A DNA stretch of 64,000 bases from Elusimicrobiota bacterium (lineage in GTDB: Bacteria; Elusimicrobiota; Elusimicrobia; Elusimicrobiales; UBA9959), in assembly GCA_003482905.1 (NCBI GenBank), contig DMXM01000042.1, positions 2,398-66,397 on the forward strand, given 5' to 3'. The translations under genes were made by a program, and so were the position numbers. The stretch's first letter is position 1. Every line of letters begins with the position of its first letter. The notes beneath the pieces are model-generated. The model made no database searches, was not told where the DNA came from, and was given only the letters and a program-made list of their open reading frames with translations. Shown piece after piece: positions 56,157 through 64,000 of the stretch.

Positions 56157-56807
56157 ATGGAAATAGGGATCAAGAGCGCGGCGTTCAGTAATTTTCACTC
56201 GTCATTCATTCTGGTGGTTTTGCTGATAGCCTCCATGGTGTGCCTGGCTTTCATTATAGAGAGATGGCGCTATTTTAAGAAGATAGACGTTAACCACGAG
56301 AAGATACTCGCCAAGCTGCGCGGCAGCATCGCCAACGGCAGAAAAGAGGAATCGCTCGCCCTCCTCGGCGAGGTGGAAGGCAACCCGGTGCTGTCCCTGA
56401 TTCAGGTGGCCCTGCTCAACGAACATCTTCCCAAAGAGCACCTCTCCGAGATCCTGAGGGCCTTTCAGCTGCGCCAGCGCGCGCTGATAGAAAAATCCAT
56501 CGGCATCCTGGGAACGCTCGGCAATACCGCCCCGTTCGTCGGCCTGCTAGGTACGGTGATGGGCATCATTCAGGCCTTCCGCGACCTGGCCGGGCCCCAG
56601 GCGCAGGCTAACGGGGCCAGCGTGGTGGCGACCGGTATAGCCGAGGCCCTTATAGCCACGGCCGCCGGCCTTTTTGTGGCCATACCCGCCGTCATCTTTT
56701 ATAATTATTTCCTTAAAAGGGTCAAGCATTTCGTCACCGAGATGGAAGCCGTCGGCATTGAGATGCTGGTGCTTTTATCCATGAAGAGGCAGGGTAATGC
56801 AGTCTAA
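56157..56807 (+). CDS. exbB: MotA/TolQ/ExbB proton-channel family protein
   Basis: LGTLGNTAPFVGLLGTVMGIIQAF...GIAEALIATAAGLFVAIPAVIFYNYF. AAGGAGG SD. Confidence 0.9.
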   Translation: MEIGIKSAAFSNFHSSFILVVLLIASMVCLAFIIERWRYFKKIDVNHEKILAKLRGSIANGRKEESLALLGEVEGNPVLSLIQVALLNEHLPKEHLSEILRAFQLRQRALIEKSIGILGTLGNTAPFVGLLGTVMGIIQAFRDLAGPQAQANGASVVATGIAEALIATAAGLFVAIPAVIFYNYFLKRVKHFVTEMEAVGIEMLVLLSMKRQGNAV

Positions 56808-57216
56808 TTCCTCTTCGGACGAGCCTATAGTTTCCATAAACGTCACGCCCCTGGTGGACGTGGGGCTGGTGCTTGTGATCATTTTTATGATCACAATGCC
56901 CTTCCTGGTGGAAAAGAGCATGAAAATAAAGCCGTCCGACGCCAAGGTGGTGCAGGTCAGTTCGGCCGCCGACCCGATACTGGTGGAACTTTCCGAAAAG
57001 GGCCTGCTGGTGGACGGGCGGAAGGTGGAGATGGCGGACCTGGCCGGGGCCCTTAAGAAGACCATGGCCGACAGGAACGTGTCGGCGGTTTCTATTTCCG
57101 CCGGAAAAAATATGCCTCACGGAGAGGTCATAAACGTCCTGGACGCGGTTACGGCGGCCGGCACCAAGGAATTGAACCTCATGGACCCCGAGGAGGGAAA
57201 AAGTGTCAGTCTCTGA
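56797..57216 (+). CDS. exbD: ExbD/TolR family protein
   Basis: INVTPLVDVGLVLVIIFMITMPF. Confidence 0.9.
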   Translation: MQSNSSSDEPIVSINVTPLVDVGLVLVIIFMITMPFLVEKSMKIKPSDAKVVQVSSAADPILVELSEKGLLVDGRKVEMADLAGALKKTMADRNVSAVSISAGKNMPHGEVINVLDAVTAAGTKELNLMDPEEGKSVSL

Positions 57217-57625
57217 TATTCCCGAAGACAATATTATTTCCGAGATCAATATGACGCCGCTGGTGGACATCTCGCTGGTGCTCGTCATTATTTTCATGGT
57301 GATAGCTCCTTTCTTCTCGCATTTGCTCAAGCAGATCACCCTGCCGACCGCAAGTACGGCTTCCCTTAACGACCAGAACTCCATTAAAATATCCGTTTTT
57401 GAGGACGGCACCCTGGCGGTCAACACCACGGTGGTGAAGGAGAACGAGATGGGCGGCGCCATCCTTGCTGAAATAGGCCGGGTGCGGTCCCCCTGGCTGA
57501 TAATGCGGGCCGACGGCAAGGTCCGGCACGGCCGCGTGATGGAAATAGTCCGGCTGGCCAAAAAATCCGGCGTGGAGCGCGTCGCCTTCGCCGTTACGCC
57601 CAAGATAGAAGGGGGAGCGCAATGA
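57203..57625 (+). CDS. exbD: ExbD/TolR family protein (second copy)
   Basis: INMTPLVDISLVLVIIFMVIAPF. Confidence 0.9.
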   Translation: MSVSDIPEDNIISEINMTPLVDISLVLVIIFMVIAPFFSHLLKQITLPTASTASLNDQNSIKISVFEDGTLAVNTTVVKENEMGGAILAEIGRVRSPWLIMRADGKVRHGRVMEIVRLAKKSGVERVAFAVTPKIEGGAQ

Positions 57626-58650
57626 ACGCCGAGGCACAGGCTTATGTTTTTCCGTTCCCCAAGGCGTCGAACCCCTTAGGAAGGCCTTTTGCGGTGTCGG
57701 CGGCGGCCCACCTTCTGCTGCTGCTGTTTTTTGTTTTCATGGCCAGCCAGCTGGCCGATCAGCCGCTGCCGCAGATAAAGGTGATGGAGATAAACGTGAT
57801 AGGCAAAGAGGACCTGGCGCTGAAGGGCACCGGTTCGGATTTCGCCCGCGGCCCCCTGCCGGACAAGGAATTGCTGGCCCAGCCGGCCAAGGGGTCCGGC
57901 AACGTCGTCAGGGGCAATACCGCCAAGCTTTCAAAATCGATGCATACCGAGGCGGCCCCGATCCCGGCGGAAATACCGGTATTGAAATCCCGGGGGCCGC
58001 TGTTCGCGGCGCGGGGCAGCATCGCCTCGGCCGGGGTAGGGCGCGAGAAGATCTATGTGTCCGCCAAAACCATGAAGGCCAGCTATCAAAGCGAGAGCAA
58101 GGGCGGGGAAGGCGAAGGCCTGGTGGGCGTTTCGGGGGCGGCCATCGACCTAAGCGCCAAGAGAGGGTCCGGCGGCTCCGGCGGCACGGGGAATTACCTG
58201 AGCGGCGGGGAGGGTTCGGTCAACGGCGGCAATACGCTTTCGCGCCGGGGCGCGCCGATACTTTCCGGCTACGGCGTCAGCAACGACCAGGTGCTCCAGG
58301 CCTCAAAGAGAAGGCCGGCGGAACTGTCCGCCCCTTCGGATGACTTTTTCTCTATCTCCGGCCCATTGCGCGGCCGCAAGATAATAAAGATGAGCCTGCC
58401 CCGGTATCCGCGCTGGGCGGAGGAGCAGGGCCTGGAGGCCCAGGTATCCGTGCGCATAACCGTGACCGCGGCCGGAAAGGTGAAGCCGAACATGCTTATA
58501 GAGCAGACCTCCGGCTTCCCGGAATTCGACAAGGTGGTCATGGAGGCGGTGAGCCGGATGGTGTTCGTCCCGCTTCCCTACGAGGCCGGCAACCGCGAAG
58601 AGTGGGGTGTGACCAGTTTTAATTTCAAGCTGAAAAAAAGGAGCGCCTAG
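57622..58650 (+). CDS. TonB-family energy transducer (C-terminal TonB domain)
   Basis: N-terminal TM AAHLLLLLFFVFMA; long linker. C-terminus PRYPRWAEEQGLEAQVSVRITVTAAGKVKPNMLIEQTSGFPEFDKVVMEAVSRMVFVPLP. Confidence 0.8.
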   Translation: MNAEAQAYVFPFPKASNPLGRPFAVSAAAHLLLLLFFVFMASQLADQPLPQIKVMEINVIGKEDLALKGTGSDFARGPLPDKELLAQPAKGSGNVVRGNTAKLSKSMHTEAAPIPAEIPVLKSRGPLFAARGSIASAGVGREKIYVSAKTMKASYQSESKGGEGEGLVGVSGAAIDLSAKRGSGGSGGTGNYLSGGEGSVNGGNTLSRRGAPILSGYGVSNDQVLQASKRRPAELSAPSDDFFSISGPLRGRKIIKMSLPRYPRWAEEQGLEAQVSVRITVTAAGKVKPNMLIEQTSGFPEFDKVVMEAVSRMVFVPLPYEAGNREEWGVTSFNFKLKKRSA

Positions 58651-58654
58651 CCCT

Positions 58655-59572
58655 ATGGGGAATATCCTTAAAAGTCCCGGTCCGCGCCGTATTATAGCCG
58701 CGGCCGCCTGCTTGTTCCTGGCGCCGGCCATTCTGCCGGCCGCCGCCCCCGGCCCTGGCCAGTCCGGGGATCTCCGCAACGTGGTGATAGAAGGCGTGCC
58801 GCGCATACAGATGCGCGGTGACAAGATCTCTAGCGTGGCCGACATGGACCCCAAACAGTGCGTGGAGGATTTTCTTGCCGCGTACATGTCCGAGAATAAT
58901 CCCCCGGACAAGCTGGCCATAACCCTGCCTTTATACCTGCCTTCCAGCCTGGCCTCGGACATAGTCCTGTCCCCCTGGCGCGGCCGCCTTATAGAGGGGC
59001 AGGTGCTGTCCCTTTCCATAAAAAGCCCGCCCAGGGTGAAGGTAGCGCAGTGGCGGCTTGTGGTGACCGACGACCGCGGAAAAGTCTTTCGCACCATTAA
59101 GGGCAACGAGTCCATACCGGATACCATAATCTGGGACGGCCTGAGCGATTCCGGAGGCGGTATAAAGGTGGGCCATCCTTACGCTTATTCGCTGTCCGTG
59201 CTGGACGATGTGGACGTTCCCACTTATCTTTTCGGAAAAAGCGTGACGGTCAACGGTTTTGTGCGCCGCCGTCACGGCCAGCTCGCTCTTTATATTAATA
59301 CCGAAAGCCTGTTCATGAAGGGCCCAGCTTTTTCCCCGCAGGGCCAGGCGTACATAAGGGAAGCCCAGGACCTGCTGCGCAAAGCGGTGGACTGGAAAAT
59401 AACCGCCACCGTATACGGCGACGACCAGGACCTGGCCCAGAGGGAGGCGGACATCATAAAGGAATTCCTCGAAGAGAGCCTTCACCTGCCCAAAGGCACC
59501 ATAGCGGCCAAGGGCCAGCCGTCTGACAAGGATTTTTACCAGCGAACGGAGATAGTAGCCGTTAAATCATGA
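58655..59572 (+). CDS. Secreted protein with a FlgD-Ig-like module and a degenerate OmpA-C-like C-terminus (Pal-like position)
   Basis: WRLVVTDDRGKVFRTIKG...IIWDGLSDSGGGIKVGHPYAYSLSV. C-terminus VYGDDQDLAQREADIIKEFLEESLHLPKGTIAAKGQPSD...QRTEIVAV. Confidence 0.45.
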   Translation: MGNILKSPGPRRIIAAAACLFLAPAILPAAAPGPGQSGDLRNVVIEGVPRIQMRGDKISSVADMDPKQCVEDFLAAYMSENNPPDKLAITLPLYLPSSLASDIVLSPWRGRLIEGQVLSLSIKSPPRVKVAQWRLVVTDDRGKVFRTIKGNESIPDTIIWDGLSDSGGGIKVGHPYAYSLSVLDDVDVPTYLFGKSVTVNGFVRRRHGQLALYINTESLFMKGPAFSPQGQAYIREAQDLLRKAVDWKITATVYGDDQDLAQREADIIKEFLEESLHLPKGTIAAKGQPSDKDFYQRTEIVAVKS

Positions 59573-61527
59573 TGAAAAAAATAATTCCTTTAGTTTATGC
59601 TTCGCTTTCTTTGGGTTGCTTCGCGGTTTCGGCACGCGCCGCCGCCCCCAATAGCTTCTCAATAACACCGGCAGCGCAGGGAGATTTCGGCGGCTGGCCG
59701 CAGAACGGGGCGCATCCTTATACGCTGTTGACCGGAAACTGCTACAACCTTACGGTGGAAGCCCTTAAGGCCGACGGCACCAGGGAAACTTCTTATACCG
59801 GCCCGGTTCTGCTGGAGCAGTTTGCCCTGAATTCGGCCGGCAGCGCCGCCACGCCGGTGGTGGGTATTTCGCAGGCCGGCAATATCGGAACCTCCAATAT
59901 GCTGGGGCTGTCTTCGGTGACGGTCACCCTGACCGACGGCGTTTATACCTTCGGTGCGGGAGACCAGCTGGGTACACAGATCTGTTTTTACGCGGCTTCG
60001 CGGGCGCCGAACGACTATGAAAGTATCGCTACCGTAGGCGATTTTAAATTAAAAGCCAGTACGCCTACCGCCACCATACCCGGTGTAAGCTCGGGCTATA
60101 TCGTTTGGCATAACAGCGCGCAGCAGATGCTGATGATTCCGCCCATACAGGGCCATGTTCCGGCCTCGGTATCCGGCTCCACAGGCACCGTTTCTCCGCA
60201 GGTCCTGGGCTCGCCTTTCCGCCTGACCGCCAAACTTACCGACGCATATTGGAACCGCATACTCAAAGACAGCCGCACCAGCGATACCCTCCGCTTTACC
60301 GCCTCCAACTCCTATGTGGGTTTGAACCCGGTACAGGTAGCCATGACGGACGGCATGGTGGATACCGTAGCCACCGTTACGGACAAGAGCGTTTGTAACT
60401 CCACCATAACCCTTACCGTCGAGGATATCACCGCCAATACAAATAACGGCTTTATCCGCTCCGATACCGTGGATGTTTATATTGCCACCTGTACGGATTC
60501 CGGCGGCGTGGTAATACCGCCCCAGAACGAGGGGTACTTTCAAATTGCCAATTATCCGACCAGTATAATAGCGGGCTCCAATTTTACAATGGACGTTGTG
60601 GCAAAGAACGTTACCATAGGCGACACGTCCGGAGACGTTCAGTATAAAGGGCAGCTGGTTCCGCTTACGGCGATAGCGCCGGGGATATATGATTTCGCGC
60701 CCGGCACGCTTGGAGTTTCGGTTTTCGATTTTAACGCCACGGACCACGCCGTAGATCCCAGCGACTTCACCCAGACCATAGCCAACCAGACTTATAATAA
60801 GACCGGGATCATCTGGCTTGAGCTGCTGGCCGCTAAGCCGGATGCTTTGTCCGGCGCCAGCGCGCTGGCCGGGCCCATACAGGTTTTCCCCGGGGCGGCC
60901 TCCGCCATTTCAGCTTCAGCCTCGCCAGCCGTTATAGGCCCGCTGTCGGCCTCCGTTATTACGGTGGCTGAGGTGGACGCTTTCGGCAACGGTATCCCCG
61001 GCAAAACGCTTTACTTGCAGATGGTGGAGGGTACGCAAAGCCGTCTCAGCCTGAACGGCGTGCAGGACACTTTTTTCCGCGTGCTTACCGACGCTTCCGG
61101 CAGGGCGGTGTTGAACCTGAACAGCGGTCAGATATCGGAAAAAGTCAGGCTGAGGGTCTATGCTCCGGCGGCCGACGCCCTTTCAGAGGTTTACCTGGAC
61201 CTGACGGTCTCGCTGCTGGGCAATGCCAGCCTGGCCGCCTACCCGAGCCCCGTGCGGATAACCAGGCAGCCCCTTAATATGGAATACAGGCTGGACGAGA
61301 ACAGCGAGGTGCGGCTGACCATAACTGACGCTTTCGGGCATGAGGTTTACAGCAAGACTTACCCCGCCGGCGCCGCCGGCGGCCTGGCCGGGTTCAATGT
61401 TGTGCAGTGGGACGGTAAAGCCGGTTCCGGCGAAAAAGCCGCCGCTGGGGTTTACGGACTGCACCTGGAAATATTGGCCAGAGGCCAGACCAGGAAACTT
61501 AAAACAAGGTTCGGGATAAGTAAATGA
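59569..61527 (+). CDS. Large secreted surface protein with Ig-like (Big_1-type) repeats and a C-terminal FlgD-Ig/T9SS-CTD-like domain
   Basis: Signal peptide. ASPAVIGPLSASVITVAEVDAFGNGIPGKTLYLQ...VLTDASGRAVLNL. C-terminus VRLTITDAFGHEVYSKTY...VQWDGKAGSGEKAAAGVYGLHLEI. Confidence 0.65.
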   Translation: MMKKIIPLVYASLSLGCFAVSARAAAPNSFSITPAAQGDFGGWPQNGAHPYTLLTGNCYNLTVEALKADGTRETSYTGPVLLEQFALNSAGSAATPVVGISQAGNIGTSNMLGLSSVTVTLTDGVYTFGAGDQLGTQICFYAASRAPNDYESIATVGDFKLKASTPTATIPGVSSGYIVWHNSAQQMLMIPPIQGHVPASVSGSTGTVSPQVLGSPFRLTAKLTDAYWNRILKDSRTSDTLRFTASNSYVGLNPVQVAMTDGMVDTVATVTDKSVCNSTITLTVEDITANTNNGFIRSDTVDVYIATCTDSGGVVIPPQNEGYFQIANYPTSIIAGSNFTMDVVAKNVTIGDTSGDVQYKGQLVPLTAIAPGIYDFAPGTLGVSVFDFNATDHAVDPSDFTQTIANQTYNKTGIIWLELLAAKPDALSGASALAGPIQVFPGAASAISASASPAVIGPLSASVITVAEVDAFGNGIPGKTLYLQMVEGTQSRLSLNGVQDTFFRVLTDASGRAVLNLNSGQISEKVRLRVYAPAADALSEVYLDLTVSLLGNASLAAYPSPVRITRQPLNMEYRLDENSEVRLTITDAFGHEVYSKTYPAGAAGGLAGFNVVQWDGKAGSGEKAAAGVYGLHLEILARGQTRKLKTRFGISK

Positions 61528-61589
61528 CGGGCCCCGGGCAGACCGGCAGAACGGAAGTTCTTAATAAAATATTCCAGAAGGCGGGGAGA

Positions 61590-62876
61590 ATGAAAACCAG
61601 ATCCATTGCGCGAGCGTTAGTCATATCTTTGCTTTCATCGCCGTTCTTGTGCCCGGGCGCCGGGGCAGTAACGCCGGACGCCGGTTTGCCCGGGGCTTAC
61701 CTGGGTTTTGCCGGCGGGGCCCGCTCTGCCGCCATGGGGCGCGCTTTTGTGGCCGTGGCCGACGGCGCTGATTCCGTTATCTGGAACCCGGCCGGGCTTG
61801 GCTATCTGCGGCCCAACACGTTCAGCCTTACGCACGTGGGCACGGTGGAGCAGACCAGCCTGGACACTATTCTTTACGCGCAGCCTTTCATGCGTTGGGG
61901 CGGCTTCGGCCTCGGCTACGTGCGTATGGATTCCGGGTCCCTGCCTCTGACGGACGAACTGAACCGCAAGGTGGGCTCTTTCAGCGACCTGCAGCAGACC
62001 TACATGCTCTCCTACGGTATGCCGGTCTACTCGGCCCATTCTTCCAAGAAACTCTTTCAGGCGGTTTCTGCCGGCGCCACTTTTAAGTATTCCAAGCAGG
62101 ACCTTTATAATATCGGCGCCAGCGGCTGGGGCATGGATTTCGGCGCGCTGGCCAGGTTCCGCCACAATATCACCGCCGGCATAAAGCTGCATAACGCGGT
62201 GGCGCCCAGTCTTAAATATGATACGGCCACCGACACCTTCCCGCGCCTGATCACGCTGGGAGGCGCCGTCAGTCTGCTTAAAAACAATCTTACGCTGGCC
62301 ACCGACATAGAGAAGACCATAGGGGTGGAGCAGCAGTTCAGGTGGAGCCTGGGGGCCGAGGGGGTGCTCTGGAAGATGCTGAAACTGCGCGGCGGCTTCG
62401 ACATGAAGAACAAGGAATTTACTCTGGGCCTGGGCTATGTTTTCGGCCGTCACGAGGTGAGCTACGCCGCCAATTCCAACGACGTCGGCATCAGCAATAA
62501 TATCGGTCTCGCCTATTCTTTCGGCGGCTTCCCGGTGACCATCCAGGCCAGTCCCGAGTCCTTCTCGCCCGTCGGGCTCAGGAAAAGCACGACCTTCAGG
62601 ATAGAGGTGAAGCATCCGCAGCGTCTGTACGGCTGGATAGTGGACATTAAGAACCAGGACGGCGCGGTGGTCAGGACTTACCGCGGCAGCGGCACCCCTC
62701 CCCCGGAGCTAAACTGGGACGGCTCCACCCAGAAAGGCATGATGGTGGCCGCCGGAAATTATATTTATACCCTGCGGGTGACCGACGCCGAAGGCAAGAA
62801 AGCGGAGACCGAACCGCAGGTGGTGCGCGTGGAATACGGCACTCCCCTCGATATGCTGGAGATGCGGACGCAGTAA
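61590..62876 (+). CDS. PorV/PorQ-family-like outer-membrane beta-barrel with a C-terminal FlgD-Ig-like domain
   Basis: MKTRSIARALVISLL signal peptide (GGGGAG SD; the track start at 61524 is less likely). FAGGARSAAMGRAFVAVADGADSVIWNPAGLGYL. C-terminus WIVDIKNQDGAVVRTYRG...LNWDGSTQKGMMVAAGNYIYTLRVTD. Confidence 0.6.
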   Translation: MKTRSIARALVISLLSSPFLCPGAGAVTPDAGLPGAYLGFAGGARSAAMGRAFVAVADGADSVIWNPAGLGYLRPNTFSLTHVGTVEQTSLDTILYAQPFMRWGGFGLGYVRMDSGSLPLTDELNRKVGSFSDLQQTYMLSYGMPVYSAHSSKKLFQAVSAGATFKYSKQDLYNIGASGWGMDFGALARFRHNITAGIKLHNAVAPSLKYDTATDTFPRLITLGGAVSLLKNNLTLATDIEKTIGVEQQFRWSLGAEGVLWKMLKLRGGFDMKNKEFTLGLGYVFGRHEVSYAANSNDVGISNNIGLAYSFGGFPVTIQASPESFSPVGLRKSTTFRIEVKHPQRLYGWIVDIKNQDGAVVRTYRGSGTPPPELNWDGSTQKGMMVAAGNYIYTLRVTDAEGKKAETEPQVVRVEYGTPLDMLEMRTQ

Positions 62877-62897
62877 ACCCCGGAAATACAGGTAGAA

Positions 62898-64000
62898 ATG
62901 AAAGAAAGTCATTTAAGGCGATCTCGTTCGTCCGTCTTCGTCCTGTCAGCCGCTTTAATGCTCTGCGGCGGTTCCCTGCTGTCCGCCGGGCGCATCGAGC
63001 GCGGCATCTCTCAATTAAGATCCGGCAACGAACCCAAGGCCCTCGACCTTTTTACGGAGGCCTGGGTCTCCGGCGAGGGCGAAGAGCGCCAACTGGCCAT
63101 GTTCTACCTCAACCTGGTCGCCGAGGGAAACAAGGGCAATATCCCGCCGGTGGAAGAGGCCCGGGCCGCGCTGAGGGTTAAGCATGAAAGCGCGCGTCTG
63201 GAGCGCGTTGAACGCTCGTCCCGCGCGGTCCGCGCGGACCGTTCCTCCGCGCAGGATGGATCTCCTTCAGGCGTAAAATCCGCTGCCGTCATATTCCATA
63301 CCCCGCAGGCCAGGCGCGCGTACGAAAGCGCGTACGGCGGGGATGACGAAGGGGAAGAGCCCGCCCGGGAGCCGGGCCGCGGGTACGGCGCCGCCCGGCC
63401 GCGGGCAAAACCCCTCGCCAATTATAAAAAAACCGCCGCCTACACCCCTAAATATGACGGAAGCGTTCCGGCCCGGAGGCCCGTAGCGCCCCGCGTACGG
63501 CCGCAACAACGGGCGGAGGGAACATATGTGACCGCCTCCGTTCCGCCCGAGGCAGCCGCGGCCAGCTATAGGCCAAAAACCGGCGCCGCCAGGCCCTCCT
63601 CCGCCCAGCCGCGCGCCAGGGCTCAAAAACAGGCCGAAGAAGAGGATATTCCGGCTGAGACCGCCGACGCGGAGCCCCGGAAGGACGGGGAAGACGATAT
63701 TGCAGCCCCCGCTTCCGCGCCATATAGGGAAACGGTTGTGGCCGACGCCGCCGCGGGCGACGATGTGATAGGTGTCGGGGAAACGTCCGTACCCGGCCGC
63801 GAAGTGAAAAAGGCCGAAGAAGCGCCCTCTTTCGAGGCTTCTTCCCCCTACAGGGAGACCGTGGTGGTCGGTGGCAGCGCCGGTTCCGGTACCAAAGTGG
63901 TGGCGCTCGCTTCAAAGGCCGTCAGAAAAGAGACCCCGGCCGGATTAAGGCCGGCGGATGGTTCATTTAAAAAACCGGCGGACACATCGGGGATAAAGGT
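62898..64000 (+). CDS. Hypothetical low-complexity (Ala/Arg/Pro/Glu-rich) protein with an N-terminal signal/anchor; 3'-truncated by the window edge (not in the ORF track)
   Basis: ATG 62898. The frame has no stop to nt 64000. N-terminus MKESHLRRSRSSVFVLSAALMLCGGSLLSA. PYRETVV occurs twice. Confidence 0.5.
   Translation, partial: MKESHLRRSRSSVFVLSAALMLCGGSLLSAGRIERGISQLRSGNEPKALDLFTEAWVSGEGEERQLAMFYLNLVAEGNKGNIPPVEEARAALRVKHESARLERVERSSRAVRADRSSAQDGSPSGVKSAAVIFHTPQARRAYESAYGGDDEGEEPAREPGRGYGAARPRAKPLANYKKTAAYTPKYDGSVPARRPVAPRVRPQQRAEGTYVTASVPPEAAAASYRPKTGAARPSSAQPRARAQKQAEEEDIPAETADAEPRKDGEDDIAAPASAPYRETVVADAAAGDDVIGVGETSVPGREVKKAEEAPSFEASSPYRETVVVGGSAGSGTKVVALASKAVRKETPAGLRPADGSFKKPADTSGIK

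Noticed and set aside
39324-62876. Calling a complete type IX secretion system
   Set aside because: Only cargo-tail-like domains and PorV-like barrels are present. No PorK/L/M/N, SprA/Sov or PorU homologues are recognisable in the window, so only the cargo-barrel pairing is reported.

Overview
This is a 64-kb, high-GC, gene-dense chromosomal window from a diderm bacterium (it encodes a secretin, TonB/ExbBD and outer-membrane beta-barrels). The taxon cannot be determined by eye. I saw no rRNA, CRISPR array, transposase or prophage genes. Layout: (i) 1-9.3 kb is a self-contained sigma-54 module and my best candidate for an undescribed system, a phosphorelay/sigma-54-gated RiPP-like cassette. 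It holds a hybrid histidine kinase, a REC-AAA+ enhancer-binding protein (bEBP) with a translationally coupled 59-aa HPt-like ORF, and a short divergent sigma-54 homologue. Three almost identical -24/-12 promoters sit here, two of them preceded by an identical 45-bp palindromic enhancer block. They drive (a) a 30-aa Cys peptide + radical-SAM/SPASM enzyme + MFS transporter + DUF4097-like proteins, (b) two small secreted proteins, and (c) the sigma-54 homologue itself. (ii) 9.3-17 kb is mostly housekeeping: two tRNAs, a MORN-repeat protein, Rrf2 + Fe-S protein, an aminotransferase, PckA, a SWIB protein and a triple-REC GGDEF-like regulator. (iii) 17.1-25.1 kb is an F1Fo ATP synthase operon interrupted by an hldD-like epimerase. 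(iv) 25.3-33.6 kb follows directly with a complete V/A-type ATPase operon. (v) pilMNOPQ comes next. (vi) Then an M6 metalloprotease with a C-terminal sorting-like domain, translationally coupled to a PorV-like barrel, followed by two O-antigen-ligase-family proteins and a PLD/cardiolipin synthase. (vii) A UvrD/PcrA helicase is split by a 360-aa intein in motif III. (viii) A TPR-ExbB-ExbD-ExbD-TonB-OmpA-like cluster is followed by a second cargo + PorV-like pair. Many long antisense ORFs in the supplied track are high-GC shadow frames. Several true starts differ from the track, and four real-looking ORFs under 60 aa are missing from it.
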